A stretch of 64,000 nt of DNA from Perna viridis (Eukaryota). The stretch is from assembly GCA_037379345.1 (NCBI GenBank), contig CM074523.1:31573678-31637677 (forward strand), written 5' to 3'. A model generated the notes under the pieces. It saw nothing but the letters and a program-made list of their open reading frames with translations, was not told the origin of the DNA and made no database searches. Numbering within the stretch: the stretch's first letter is position 1; each line of letters opens with the position of its first letter. Made by a program: the position numbers and the translations under genes. Shown piece after piece: positions 11,223-23,600 of this stretch.

Positions 11223-13820
11223 TAGTACGAATTTCCTCTGACCCTGCAACCCTCCTCTTTTTTATTTGGATATTGACATGTCGGGTTGGGGTCAGGACGA
11301 TGTGCCATACAAAAAGTTGGAGATTCAGCGGTACCGCGGAGTATCGCCCTTCACGCGCTTCGTACGACTTTCATGTTAAAATCGTGTAGGTGATGCATAC
11401 CTAGTTCGATTCGGGATTCATTTTTCTTTATGCTGATGTACGTTTTATCGGCTATTTGTCATAAAATCTCGGTAAAAAGAAGTCTGAAAGCCTTAACCCA
11501 GGGTCAGCACTCATTTACTTTCGATTTCCAACTTTGAGTGACGCAAGCGAGATTTGGTCATCCTGTTAGAAACATATTCTGAAAAAAAAATATGTTTAGT
11601 TGCATATGATGAGGCACACTGCATATCAGAATGGTATGTTGTATATAGTGACAAAAAGAAATGTATGCAGTACAGTTAGAAATCTACATGTCTTGTGGAT
11701 GTACATAAAATGACAATTGCAACCTGGTAGCTGCCTCCCATGTGTAATAACTTATGTTTTACATGAAAAAGGGCATTTTTTGTAAAGGGTTATTGTTCGA
11801 GCTGGCACACATTGTATATTTATTTTTTTTACAATACACAATAAAAACCATATTTAATTTTACAGGTGATTAGATTTTAGGGAGGACCATAGAAAAGTTT
11901 GAATTATTCAAAGTGAAATAAATTCCACAATTCTCAATCTAACTGCAACTTCAACCAAAGACATAAGGACATATCTGTTGTATTGGAGCTAAGTGAGGCA
12001 TCTGATGTGTCAGTTTTATCGAACAATTAAAAGTTATATATACATGTACATGTACATTTGTATATCTGCAAATTGAAACAATTAATATTTGTGTTGGCTC
12101 TCAAATCCTAAAATCACAATGTTTTTGTACAGAATGATGTTTTTGGCATTGATACAAAAAAATAATTTGTAAAATGGACCATGTATTATGTTTTATTATT
12201 CTGTCTTCGTTCAATCTCTGAAGCATCGACCATTGTATTAGCAAGGGGCAAGTGATCCAAATTCCTGAAAGGAATATTTTACTCCTCCAATGAAAAGAAA
12301 ATAATGATTTTATGTTTCCCCAATTACTAAACAAGACATTTTTTTTCAAAATGAAATATTGATTTCAGTTGCTTCTGAGTTAAAACTAAATGTTTGTGCA
12401 ACATAAATTTCTTATTTGACATCAAATCCCTGCCCCCTAAATCCTACAAGAATATTGTCACTGGAAGATGTAACTAAGTTTACCAGTGTATAAACATGTT
12501 TTATTTATGATGCATGCACATAGTAATAGAGACAAGTGCAACATTTTGTTTAAACATGTAGGTACTCAAGTAAATTCCAAATCAACTTTTAATTAACTAA
12601 TGTGAATGTTATAACTCACCATAACATACTTAGGTGAAGAAAACTCCTCAGCAATTAAACAAATTGAAAGCAAATGCGAAACCCTACAGTACAAGAATGT
12701 GTCCAACTTAAAATAAAAAGCTTTGCCATATGCAGCATGATACAACCACAGTCAATTAAACTCTGCAAGTGTGGACACAATATTAGTTATTGACACACTT
12801 AATATAGAGTCTTACAGTTCATTATGGACATAACAAATCATTTGGACACAATATTGCACATTTTGAAATTCAATACAAGTATAAATGTCTGCTTTAGAGT
12901 GCATTCATGGATCACTTTGTACTTCATTATCTCAAAAAATATGATTTGTTAGGGCGTGACTTCCTTTATAATTTGAAAACTGCAAAAGATATTTGAAATC
13001 TAATTGAAAAAACGCAGGCAAGGATTTTGATGTGACATCTACAAAATTTTTCAAACCAAACCAGAAATAAACAAGTGTTTTTCCCCTTTATTTCTTGAAT
13101 CAAGGGGAAAAAATACTTGTTTAAAAAATAAGTGCAAAACATATTTATAAACTGCTATTTAAAAATATGAAGCAATTTAAAATCTAGAAGAAAATGTATA
13201 TGATTGCCTTCTGCCCCCCCCCTCCAACACACACACACCCAATGCATTTCCAATATTTTAATAACCTGCTCGAAAATTGAGTTTAAACAGTTGAATTAGG
13301 GTATTCTAAGGATGAGGTGCCACATGTACTATTTTACACATCTAAAAAATTCACAGTTCAACCAAAAGTAATTGTAATTTATAAATTGGATCCAACCACG
13401 TGTTTTCATATGTTGTTCCAGTGCACACGCTTGTTTAGACACACAAAGAAGGCGGTGTCTGTTGATCTCACGTGACGGAATTTCATTTGCATACGACCAA
13501 ATCTCGCTTGGGTCACTCAAAGTTGGAAATCGAAAGCAAATGGCTGCTGAACCTGGGTTAAGGCTTTCAAACTTCTTTTTACCGAGATTTTATGACAAAT
13601 AGCCGATGAAACTTACTACAGCATAAAGAAAAATGAATCCCGAATCGAACTAGGTATGCATCACCTACACGAAAGTCGTAAGAAGCGCGTGAAGGGCAAT
13701 ACTCCGCGGTACCGCTGAATCTCCAACTTTTTGTATGGCACATCGTTCTGACCCCAATCCGACATATCAATATCCAAATAAAAAAGAGGAGGGTTGCAGG
13801 GTCAGAGGAAATTCGGACTA
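11223..13820. mobile_element. Academ DNA transposon, AcademH-type (helicase-bearing), internally deleted non-autonomous copy
   Basis: Ends TAGTACGAATTTCCTCTGACC / GGTCAGAGGAAATTCGGACTA; TIRs ~11223-11559 and ~13495-13820; exact 9-bp TSD CTAGCGTGC (11214-11222, 13821-13829); RecQ-type helicase remnants inside. Confidence 0.88.
11590..12030 (+). pseudogene. RecQ-like SF2 helicase remnant (motifs II and III) within the AcademH element
   Basis: 11590-11633 reads ICLVAYDEAHCISEW, followed by a GTATGT...TTTACAG intron. From 11866 it reads LDFREDHRKV*IIQSEINSTILNLTATSTKDIR, with a stop and frameshifts. Confidence 0.85.
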
Positions 13821-14185
13821 CTAGCGTGCGTTTATACGCACAATAGACGAATAATGAAAAATAATAATATTAACAAATAATGACAAAAGAAAAAGTAGAA
13901 AATTGAAATAATGAAAATATATAAATTAATAAAAGCAAATAATATGAAAATAACAGTTGAATCAAGGAAATAATCAAAGTACAAATTAATAAACGAACGT
14001 TTCCTCGTGCGTTTAAACGAACGCTTGTTTCGTGCGTTTATCGTGAGTTTAAACGAATGCAAAACGATGTGTTTCCGTAGTCGAACTCTCCCGTCGAATT
14101 TCTGATTTTGCTTTGCAAGACATGATCTTAGTAATTTTAACCGAGTTTTGTCATTTTAATAATCATTATGAAAATTAATATCATA

Positions 14186-14635
14186 TTATAAAAGTTTTGT
14201 ATCTAATATATTCTGTCTTTGTATGACGTCACTGTTTGCCTCCACGTTATCGTTGGTACCTGCTTGAATAGCTTGATCAACCATATTGGTTACTCGGGTA
14301 TTCTCGTGTTCCTCTGATATTCCTATCATGCACGAAAACCAAGATGTCACTGATGGAAAAGTTTTTAAGAAAGATTTTTGAAAAATATCATTTAAAAATG
14401 CATAAATAAGAGGATTTAGGCACGAATTTGTGTACGACAGTGTATGTGCGAGCAACTTTATGATAAACAACACTTCCGTTTTGGGGAAATCTGGGTAAAG
14501 TTTGGTGTAAATATTTAGAACGTGAATTGGAAACCAGAATATGGCAAATAATAGAATGATTAGAGCAATCATTCTGGTTATCCTTTTCTTCCTTCTGTGT
14601 TGGGATTCTGGTTGGGTTTCTACGCATCTTCTTGT
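14186..14635 (-). CDS. GPCR coding exon 4 (ICL3, TM6, TM7, C-tail, stop)
   Basis: TTTCAG|TRRC...KKRITRMIALIILLFAIFWFPIH...NSCLNPLIYAFL...TKLL*. Confidence 0.93.
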   Translation of the reverse strand, partial: TRRCVETQPESQHRRKKRITRMIALIILLFAIFWFPIHVLNIYTKLYPDFPKTEVLFIIKLLAHTLSYTNSCLNPLIYAFLNDIFQKSFLKTFPSVTSWFSCMIGISEEHENTRVTNMVDQAIQAGTNDNVEANSDVIQRQNILDTKLL

Positions 14636-17600
14636 CTGAAATAAACAACAATATCGCAATACAAAACCAAAACAGGTATAAAGAGACATTGAAGAAAGGG
14701 TTAGCGACATATTATCCCTTAAAAATACTAAGTCTGGACCTATTTCTTTTTTTCTTGAGCAATCTTCACTTTGCACACTTCGGAAGCATTATATTATACG
14801 TAATTGTTCGTTTCTAACCATTGCATGAATCTAAACTGAAATCCTAATTGAAACAAAGCGGCTTTCTGACACCTACATGCATTTTTTTCATTATTTTTAT
14901 TCATAAACACATATTTGTTTTTCTGAAAATTCAAAAATGCTTTTTCGTACAATCAAATGTTTCATAATCAAATAAGATTTTAAAGTTGTTGTCCTCATTT
15001 TTATTGTAGAACATGAGAATTTTTAAAAGACGTGACAAATGCCGCAATATTTTTGACTTTTTATCTTAAAGATATCGTTTGATATCATAAAGACTGCATA
15101 TAGGAGTTTAACAAACCTCTCTGATGGATCAAGATTGCATACAGGAGTTTAACAAAGCTTTCTGGTGGATCAAGACTGCATATTTGAGGTTAGCAAAGCT
15201 CTCGGATGGATCAAGCCGATTTGAGCTGTTTTCTTTAATTGTTATACGAACTTTAAACAGAACTTAACCTGAATGTCAACTAATGCAATAACGAATTTTG
15301 TAGAATGCTAAAACTATAGAAATGACATCCAAAAGGCAAAATTTACTTGTCGTCTGTATCCACGATGAAGATTACGTAATATCCGGTAATAGCAGGCGAC
15401 AATAATTAACAGCGGGATGACGTAATTAGTTGCTGTCACTGTGATGAGGATGACTTTACCGAGTGTTTCATCAGGCCACACCTCCTGGCAATAAACATGA
15501 CTTTCTCTGTAAACTGTTCGGTGATACATTGCAAACGGAATAGATATAAAACACGCCACTGCAAAAGCAAATAACTAGTTCATCAAAAATTGGCAAAAAT
15601 ACAAAAGCGTAAATAATAAGACAACTCAGAGACACCGAAATCCAAATCGTTGCATGGCTTCAATGACGAAACAAGAAAAAAAGACGGTCTACATACAGAA
15701 TGTAACAGAAAAAAAATAAAAACTGAAGATTAGGGAACAAGAAAAAAAACTAAACCGTGAGTAACATTAGGTGAGCCGGATGGATCGAATCAGTTGATTT
15801 CATCAATATTCAATATTGAACAAACAACATTAAATATACAAGTTTTGAATAATCATTTTTCATATCTACGGAAGGCAAGCCATTTTAGCAAGGTTTTCTT
15901 TTTTTAAATGGACATAACCACCAACACACGACAATCTGGTTGGCGGTCTCGTTTGGAAGAACAATTTATTTTTCTTTGAACTATTTTACTTTGGTACATA
16001 TAATTACATGTTGTACCTAAATGGTTTGAAATAAATTAATGTATGAAATAATTTACCGTACATCATATATTTGAATTTGAAGTCTACTGCTGTCCATTGC
16101 TCTAACAGGAGAGTAAATCAGTCTGTCAGGTTGGAGAGTTACTGAGTTACTTCTTTTTTTAAAAAAAGTCAAAGTCGGGAATATTAATAAGGTCTATTGT
16201 AAAAGGACAATCACTTCTTCGTACTTATTTTTCTTTTATTAACTTCCCTCTTCACAGTCACAAAGCAAATGGTTGGTACCTCATCATTCGGGTTACAAAT
16301 GGTCTTTTCAAACATTTCTGAACAAAATTATATTTGTAATCATCTGCATGTGTTACCAAACTACATATGCCTACCTGTCCAAACAAGAAGACATGTGATT
16401 GTCGATATCCGTCGATTTCTCCAATTTATAGAACTAAGAGGGTGGACTATTGCGTAATACCTATCTATAGTCATCGCTGTTAGTGTGAAGGACGTGGCAT
16501 GTAATGTTACCTGCAACGATATAAAAAAAAACATTTTTTAAATCTTGATCTTTTCGGTACTTCTATACATACAATCCGTATTAAGCAATTACAAATGTAA
16601 TTTTACGGTAAGATCACATTTAAAAACAAAAAAAAACTGAAGCATCAGCATCATTAACATAAAACTCTTAAGGTTTAAACTAAGGTGTTCCGGAAGGATA
16701 AGCAGTAAACGGAAGAAAGTTGAAATAAAGCAGAGGTAATCATAGACAGAGTAAAATAAGCCGCATAAAAAATGACATCCGCAAACTTAAAATATTCGAC
16801 TATATCTCTAAAGCAAACTTTAACTTATACATGTAACAGTAAAGCATGTCTGAACCAAGCTGTAATTTTAAATTTATCGGTTAAGACAGGTACAGTGTAC
16901 ATGTAGGTGTTCGGTTTACCAAGGATCAAAATACATTAGAATTGATGTAAAAGTGTATGGTTTAAACAGGTTTCTATTCAGTGACCGGCACTCTAGCACA
17001 TTGCTTAAAAAATAACCATCGGGAACCTATCTTGCAGGTTGTACGCCAAGCGACTTCCGAGTTTCAGCACCTTCGGTGCTTTGATTTTTAGAAGAACTAT
17101 GCCGTACTAATACCTCGCAATGTTTTTTTTTTCATCTGATTATCATTAGCTCATCAAATTTCAGGTGTTAAATCAACTTGATAAACAATTACTCCTACTT
17201 AGTTAAGTGAGATCATACCTTTACAGGTTTTTTTTTAAATTTTAGTTTCTTTAGTTTAACAGGAAAAATATTTCGTTAATTGACCCCGATCATTACATGT
17301 ATATAATTTAATTTCACAAGTAACACGGATTCTGATTCGTCAATCATCATCTCACAGTTATCACTTCTGTATCCAAGCTTAAGGCTATTTTACATTTCAG
17401 AGAGCGTCCACAAAAAATCCAGAAAGTGGGTGGTATAAATGCACTTTTTTTCCCTTTGGGTCAGCCTTAACCACAAAACAATCGTCTAATACAGATATTG
17501 TATTCCCTGCAATGTTAACTTTAAGTAGGGACAGGTCTAGGAACGTCTTTGTGTTGTACTGCATTTTTTCATTCCGGGCTACTAGTTATCGGTATTTGAT

Positions 17601-20600
17601 TTCACTGGGTTTTTTATTTGCTTTTTTTGGGAGGGGGGTTGGGGTTTTGGGGTTTTTGTTAATGTTATTGTTTTTGGTTCAGAAATCCAGCATCCAGCCC
17701 AGCAGTTTAAGTTGTATCAGAAAGCGCGTCCTTAAAAAAAGCTGATAACATTCATCCTACCGGTGCACATAGGTCAATGTTTCAAATTTAAGTGGAGTCC
17801 GACTTATTCGTATACATTTGTATGTATGTGTTATATTTATTTAATGCTTGCTGTATGTGTTTATTTTGTCGTGTCGTTATCCCTGTATAATGTTACGTTT
17901 TTTATTATCCATCGAATACTGGTTCCTTTGCTTTCCTTCCCTTAAACACAAGCAAAACATGTACATGTAGCTTTTAATGAGGTCAGTAGAATATGCAGCC
18001 ATAAATGCTGAAATTGGCTGAGTAGATATGCTATGGTTATGTGACCCACGAAGATTTCCAGTTCTGGGCCCGGAAAAGAAAACGCCAGGTCTCGATACCT
18101 ACATGTATATTTTCAGCAGCATTACTTTTAGGTATACATTACATTCATTAAGTGTAAGTTAATGTAAGAATCAGAAATATGCATGTCAAAAACCCAACGA
18201 TCTGACAATATAATTTTACCCAAGGATGCTTTCTCTATTTGAAAAAACAATTATTTGATCTCTATGTAACTGATTTGCTCAGAAATTTTCAATTTTCAAT
18301 AGAATGTCAGAAATATGAGGTTTTTGACAGAGTTATCCCCACTTAAAACTGCTCAATTTCAGAGCATTTCAATGAAATCATAATTCAATTTACCAAAGTG
18401 ATATGGAAAATCTTGTCATTTCTCCTTGGTTTTGATGGTTCAAATGGTCAAATTAAACTTTCAAAATGGTGTTTTTTATACCATGTGTCAATCACTACCT
18501 TATTATTACAGAGACTGACACTTATCTGTACTATATTTGCCTTTTTTGTCGGATACCTCAACACTTAAGAAATTGAGCTGATTCAAAGACATTGTTATTT
18601 CTCCGGTACATTATCGTGAACAACTGATACAATGTATCTATTTCGTTGGTTATCATTTTGATCAAAAACCTTATAGAAGAGAAATATAATTATAAATTAT
18701 GTAATGTATATCACAAAGGTTTTTTTCAGGAACATTGATAACTATATAGAAGTTACAAATCATAAGACAAACAAGCAAAAGTAAAAGAAATTTGTAGCCA
18801 AAATAATTATAAATTAATAAAAAAAAATTAAGACAACACGTAAAATGGATCAATACTCAGTAAACCCTTCTTATTGCGTCGTAAGTGGACAAATTGTGCC
18901 GCTTTTGTTTTCAACACGGTTATGATTATATAACAAGTCTCGTAGGAGAAAGAAAGGGCACCGAACAAGTGACTGCCAAACAAATTATTCAAGTATCATT
19001 CCGTGTAAGAAACCGGCAATACGAAGCCCATTATTTTTCTTAATTTGTTTTTATAAAGATATTCAAATATATCCTGAAGCATCTGTGATGTAGATCGTAT
19101 TGGGAAAAGTGATGGAAGATTTTCCCGCCATTTTTCATCGTGCATTTCAACTAAATCTGACCTACATGTACATGTATCAATATCTTAAAAAGGCAAACTT
19201 AACAAATACGTTGATGGTTATTTCTGGAGGTAATGATGTGTAAATATTGAATAATGCAATTTGTTTCTTCATGTGCCTCACCTTATGCACATTTTGCCTT
19301 ATTCTTAGACCGAGAACTACTTAAGCAGAATTTGGATGTTAACTTTGGCCAATACTTTAGGAAAATGAAGATAGAGCTTGAAAATAATCACACTAAAGAC
19401 TGAAAGTATTCCAATTTGGAAAATTCTGGAAAAAAATATCAGTTTTATAGCCTAAGCAAAAATTGTTCCATTCTGTCTTCAGACCCTATTAATCACAATT
19501 ATTTCCGTTCAAAAAAATATCAGTCGAATACATCGTTTCATCGTTACGAGTTGACATTTTGGGAAAAAACGGGAGAAAATTGTCCCATTAGGTTGACTGA
19601 GATAAGATTCTGTCACAAGGTCTAATTCTTAGTCTGATAAATTTACAAACAGTACAGACAATTGTCAATTTATAAAATATAAGTATTCATTGTTGATCGG
19701 ATTGAGTCACTTACCCCACGAGAGAAGGAAAACAAATAAAATGGTTAATATATAAACCATAAATTGGGTAAGTTGTAAAAAATATCATTTTGGTAAAAGT
19801 TCCAAGAAGAACAGGGAAGTTTTATGTTAGATAAATTTTACAAAGTGCTGCGATTATATCAGATGTGCAGATAAAACCTAAGTACAGTCTCCTCCGCAGA
19901 CCTTTAACTGCTTTCTGGTTTACTACGTAGGACCCTTACCCTACTGGTGCACCTGGTTCATGCTCCCAGTTTTTAGTGGTGTCCTAGTTGCTCATTTACT
20001 TGTGTTACTTTTTATGTATCATTTTGGTTATTTTCTGTTCTTTGTTGTGTGTGTCTGTTTTCCATGTCTGGTCTCTGTCCCTGGGTTACATTTTTTTGAT
20101 TTCCGCCAGAATCTTGGTTCCCTTGATTACTCTAGCATCCGCCATCTTAATTCACAATTAAGACATGAGCACTACTTGTTAAAATCCGACAAGCTATTTC
20201 CTTTGGTACTGTAATATCTTGCATACATAAGGAGAAGGGATAAAGCACTGAGTGTTGCAGAGGTATAAAGCTTTGAAATAACGAATATACCTTCTCAACA
20301 GGAGATTGACCCATGTCATACAGGGTAACATGTTGCATTTTAGGTACCATTGTATATATACATGTAGGAAAACTATAGTAGTATTTATTTCTCTGCATTT
20401 GGGTTGACCAATCGTGTACCCTATTCAGATGAAAGGAAGTAGAACTTTGAAAGGACAGATTGGTATACTGACAATGTTTGTAATGATGATTTCTTTCTCT
20501 TAGAATTTTTAAGTATTAAAGTTAAGAAAACTTTTTTTTTCTTGGAAATACTTTTTTAATGAAACTTTGAAAAGACTGCATATTACAACTGAGTATGGAA

Positions 20601-23600
20601 CTAAAAAATGCAAAACTTACGGTACTTTCAAAGTTTTGGTGATGGTTAAAAAAAATCGTCAACCCCTATTGGCATGGTGATCCCTGAATGAAACAACAAC
20701 AACAAAGGTTTTTGAGTCCTACTTTAAATTAGAAATTACTAAAAACATAAAAAGGTTAGTATTGTCGGCTATGGGAATTTAAATACTACCATTTCCCTTA
20801 AAATGAGATATCCCGTACAATGTTAGTATCCAATTCATGGTCACGTGACTGCAGTGAAGAGTTATATTTCATAAACCATGTGATTAAAAAGGGCGGAGAA
20901 TACTGTCAAATTGTACACGACGTACATATCATAAAACCAATCGTAACTAATTTGCCTTTCTCCTTAAATGAAAGAAAAACATCGTACATAATAGGTGGCG
21001 GAAAAATCTGTGCGGATTTTTTTAAATTTTAGTCAATTTTGTATAATTTTTTATCATTAGTTTTTGCTTAGCTCCTCTTTGCTATGCAATTATAAGAGAA
21101 TTTACTGTTCACCTGTTTTAGCTTGGTCTGGGAGATAAAAATATTTCTGATTCACGAATAGCTACATTTTAAGATAAGAATTCCGAAAGATTTGTTTCTT
21201 CATACGAGGTTATTTTTAGTGTAGCGGAAATGGCCAAGTGGTTTCGATTGGATCTAATGCATTAATATTGATGGCGTCATAGACAGTAATGACCTTGCTC
21301 AGACTTATGAAATTTTTCACATTTGTGGCACATGGGCCCGATCGGCAGACTGAAGCGCTTGAGTTAAGAATAGGCAAAAAAAGGATAAATAAAAACACAA
21401 ATGATTATACATGTAGTACAAAACGTTTAAAAGTTGAGGGAAAATAATGTGTATAATATCAATGTTGTTTTGTTGAGTTCTCTATTGCCACAATTTTTTA
21501 TATTCACTTTAATGGAGCTACATTACCACAGATAAAAATAATATATTCTGATTAATGGACTGATCAGTCATCAAATTTTACTGAGAAATTCTTACAGCAA
21601 ATTGTAATACGTGACAAAACTATATTCGAATACTGTTTCGAAATGCATTCATAAATCAAAGACAAGCAATATCATTAGTTTCGGTTTAAATTGGAGACAT
21701 TCGTCAAAATTTTAGACGTGGAAGTTTGATTCTAATGAAACAAGTGCTAATTTGTTCAAGAATTTAAAAACAATGTCGATCGGCAAAAATGTCCTAGACA
21801 ACGTAAATAAATCCTAGCAATCAATAGAACCAACGGATTGCTAGTTTTTAGGTTGTAATTCGCTTCATTTGCATGTCCAAATATTTTTTATCTAATCTGT
21901 CGAATTGAATTGAAGTAAAACTTCTGAAACTGAACTCCACCAAGGCTTCAAATTAGATTTTGTGAAGACTAAGAGTATTCTTTTAACAAATCGAATAAAG
22001 CTGTACAATTGTAGATACATATTACTTTTAATCAGACGACGTCGGTTTGAAACGAATATTTCATTTCTAAGCTAAGGTTACCCTTGCTTCCCTATTTTTT
22101 TCTTCCTATCCTAGCACGTTTTATTGGTATTTTTCATGAAATGTCACTTAACTATTTTTTTTTAATTGAGCACTGTTAAAGTCAAGAAATCCTCCGATTA
22201 CTGTTTATGTAAAATAATCTATAAAAATGATTTTACCTACCTAAATGTACCTTCCCTTTATCTAATGTAACCTTAAATTGTTGTATTTAGATTTTCATTT
22301 TGCTTTTCATTTTCAATTGCACGATATTTTATTACTCTCAAACTGAAAAATAGCATGTTTTTTCAATGAGAAAAGCAGATCACTAGTGACGTACATGTAG
22401 CAATTTCCGGAGTTGATACATGTATCTAGAAAGTCTTTTACAAACAAGCCTTTCTCAGTAGAAAAAAACAAAAACAAAATACAAATCAAGACAAAACAAA
22501 AATGTTTCGTCAACGTTTCCAATTTTTACCTGTTTGTTATTTCAATTCATAAGAAATTCATCTATCATTCATCATCTTTTTGATCTATTTATTTCACTTG
22601 TTTCCATGGTAATGCTTTATTTCATATTCAACAATGATACAACATACGACCGATGAACACATTACAACCAATGTTGGATTAAGGGGATGAAGGGGCACGG
22701 GTTTTGAAATCACCTCGCTTTTATTGGATATTATGTTATCGCGCAGAATTTGAGTAAAATTAAGTAAACACATAACAGCCTTAACCACAACACATTTTGT
22801 CTTGTATCCACACATTCAAAATGCCTTGACAACTTTGACATGATATGACTCTTTTTTTGTCATTGCTATTGATTAGTCTAAGAAATCACAAATGACAGAA
22901 TAAATCAGTCATAAAACGGATCCATAAGTCAGAAGATCGCAATGAACGTCTAATTATTTACCAAATCCGGACTAGACATGATATCCGTTCCGGAAATTTG
23001 TAATAAAGAATTTAGATAATTGGCGTCGGAATGTTTGTTCACCGGCATTAACCTCTTTCTGATTGGTTTAATATCATCGCCATGTTGCCGTTTAATTTCT
23101 CAAGATGATAGTTGTTTTACAATCATACGCATTTTGTAATCCATCAGCATTTATTAGGATGACTGATTACTGAGTACAGATATAAATAAAAAGGTCATTG
23201 TTCTCTACTTAATTTGAAGTTCTTTGTACTGTTAATTCAAGAATATAGAGTAATAAGAAAATAAATGAACGATAAACTGAACCATCGACAAAATGAATGA
23301 ACGATAAACTGAATCATAGAGAAAAAGAATGAAGATAAACTGAACCATCACTGAGAATTCAAATTTCATTAATCATTACATTTAAGGGTTACTGAGATCT
23401 TTGCGATGAAAACTTTGGTATCTTTCAAAAAATTGGCCACAAAATTACCCCTACATACAGGAAGATAATGCGCAACAGTTACTGCACTAAAAAAGCTTAA
23501 AACATCATATTAGAATAAAGTGTCTCTAAATCAGTCACATGCATGCAGGTTTGCTGAGATGTATGAAACAAATTAACAGGTGAGCTATTATCAGCATTTG

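Larger units (their letters stand above)
11075..14080. repeat. Older non-autonomous repeat rich in AAACGCACGATA/TCGTGCGTTT motifs, split by the Academ insertion (11075-11213 and 13830-14080); related copy at ~30274-30460
   Basis: GCACGATA...AAACGCTCACCAAACG is shared between ~11090-11130 and ~30288-30328, and the motif continues on both sides of the TSD. Confidence 0.55.
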
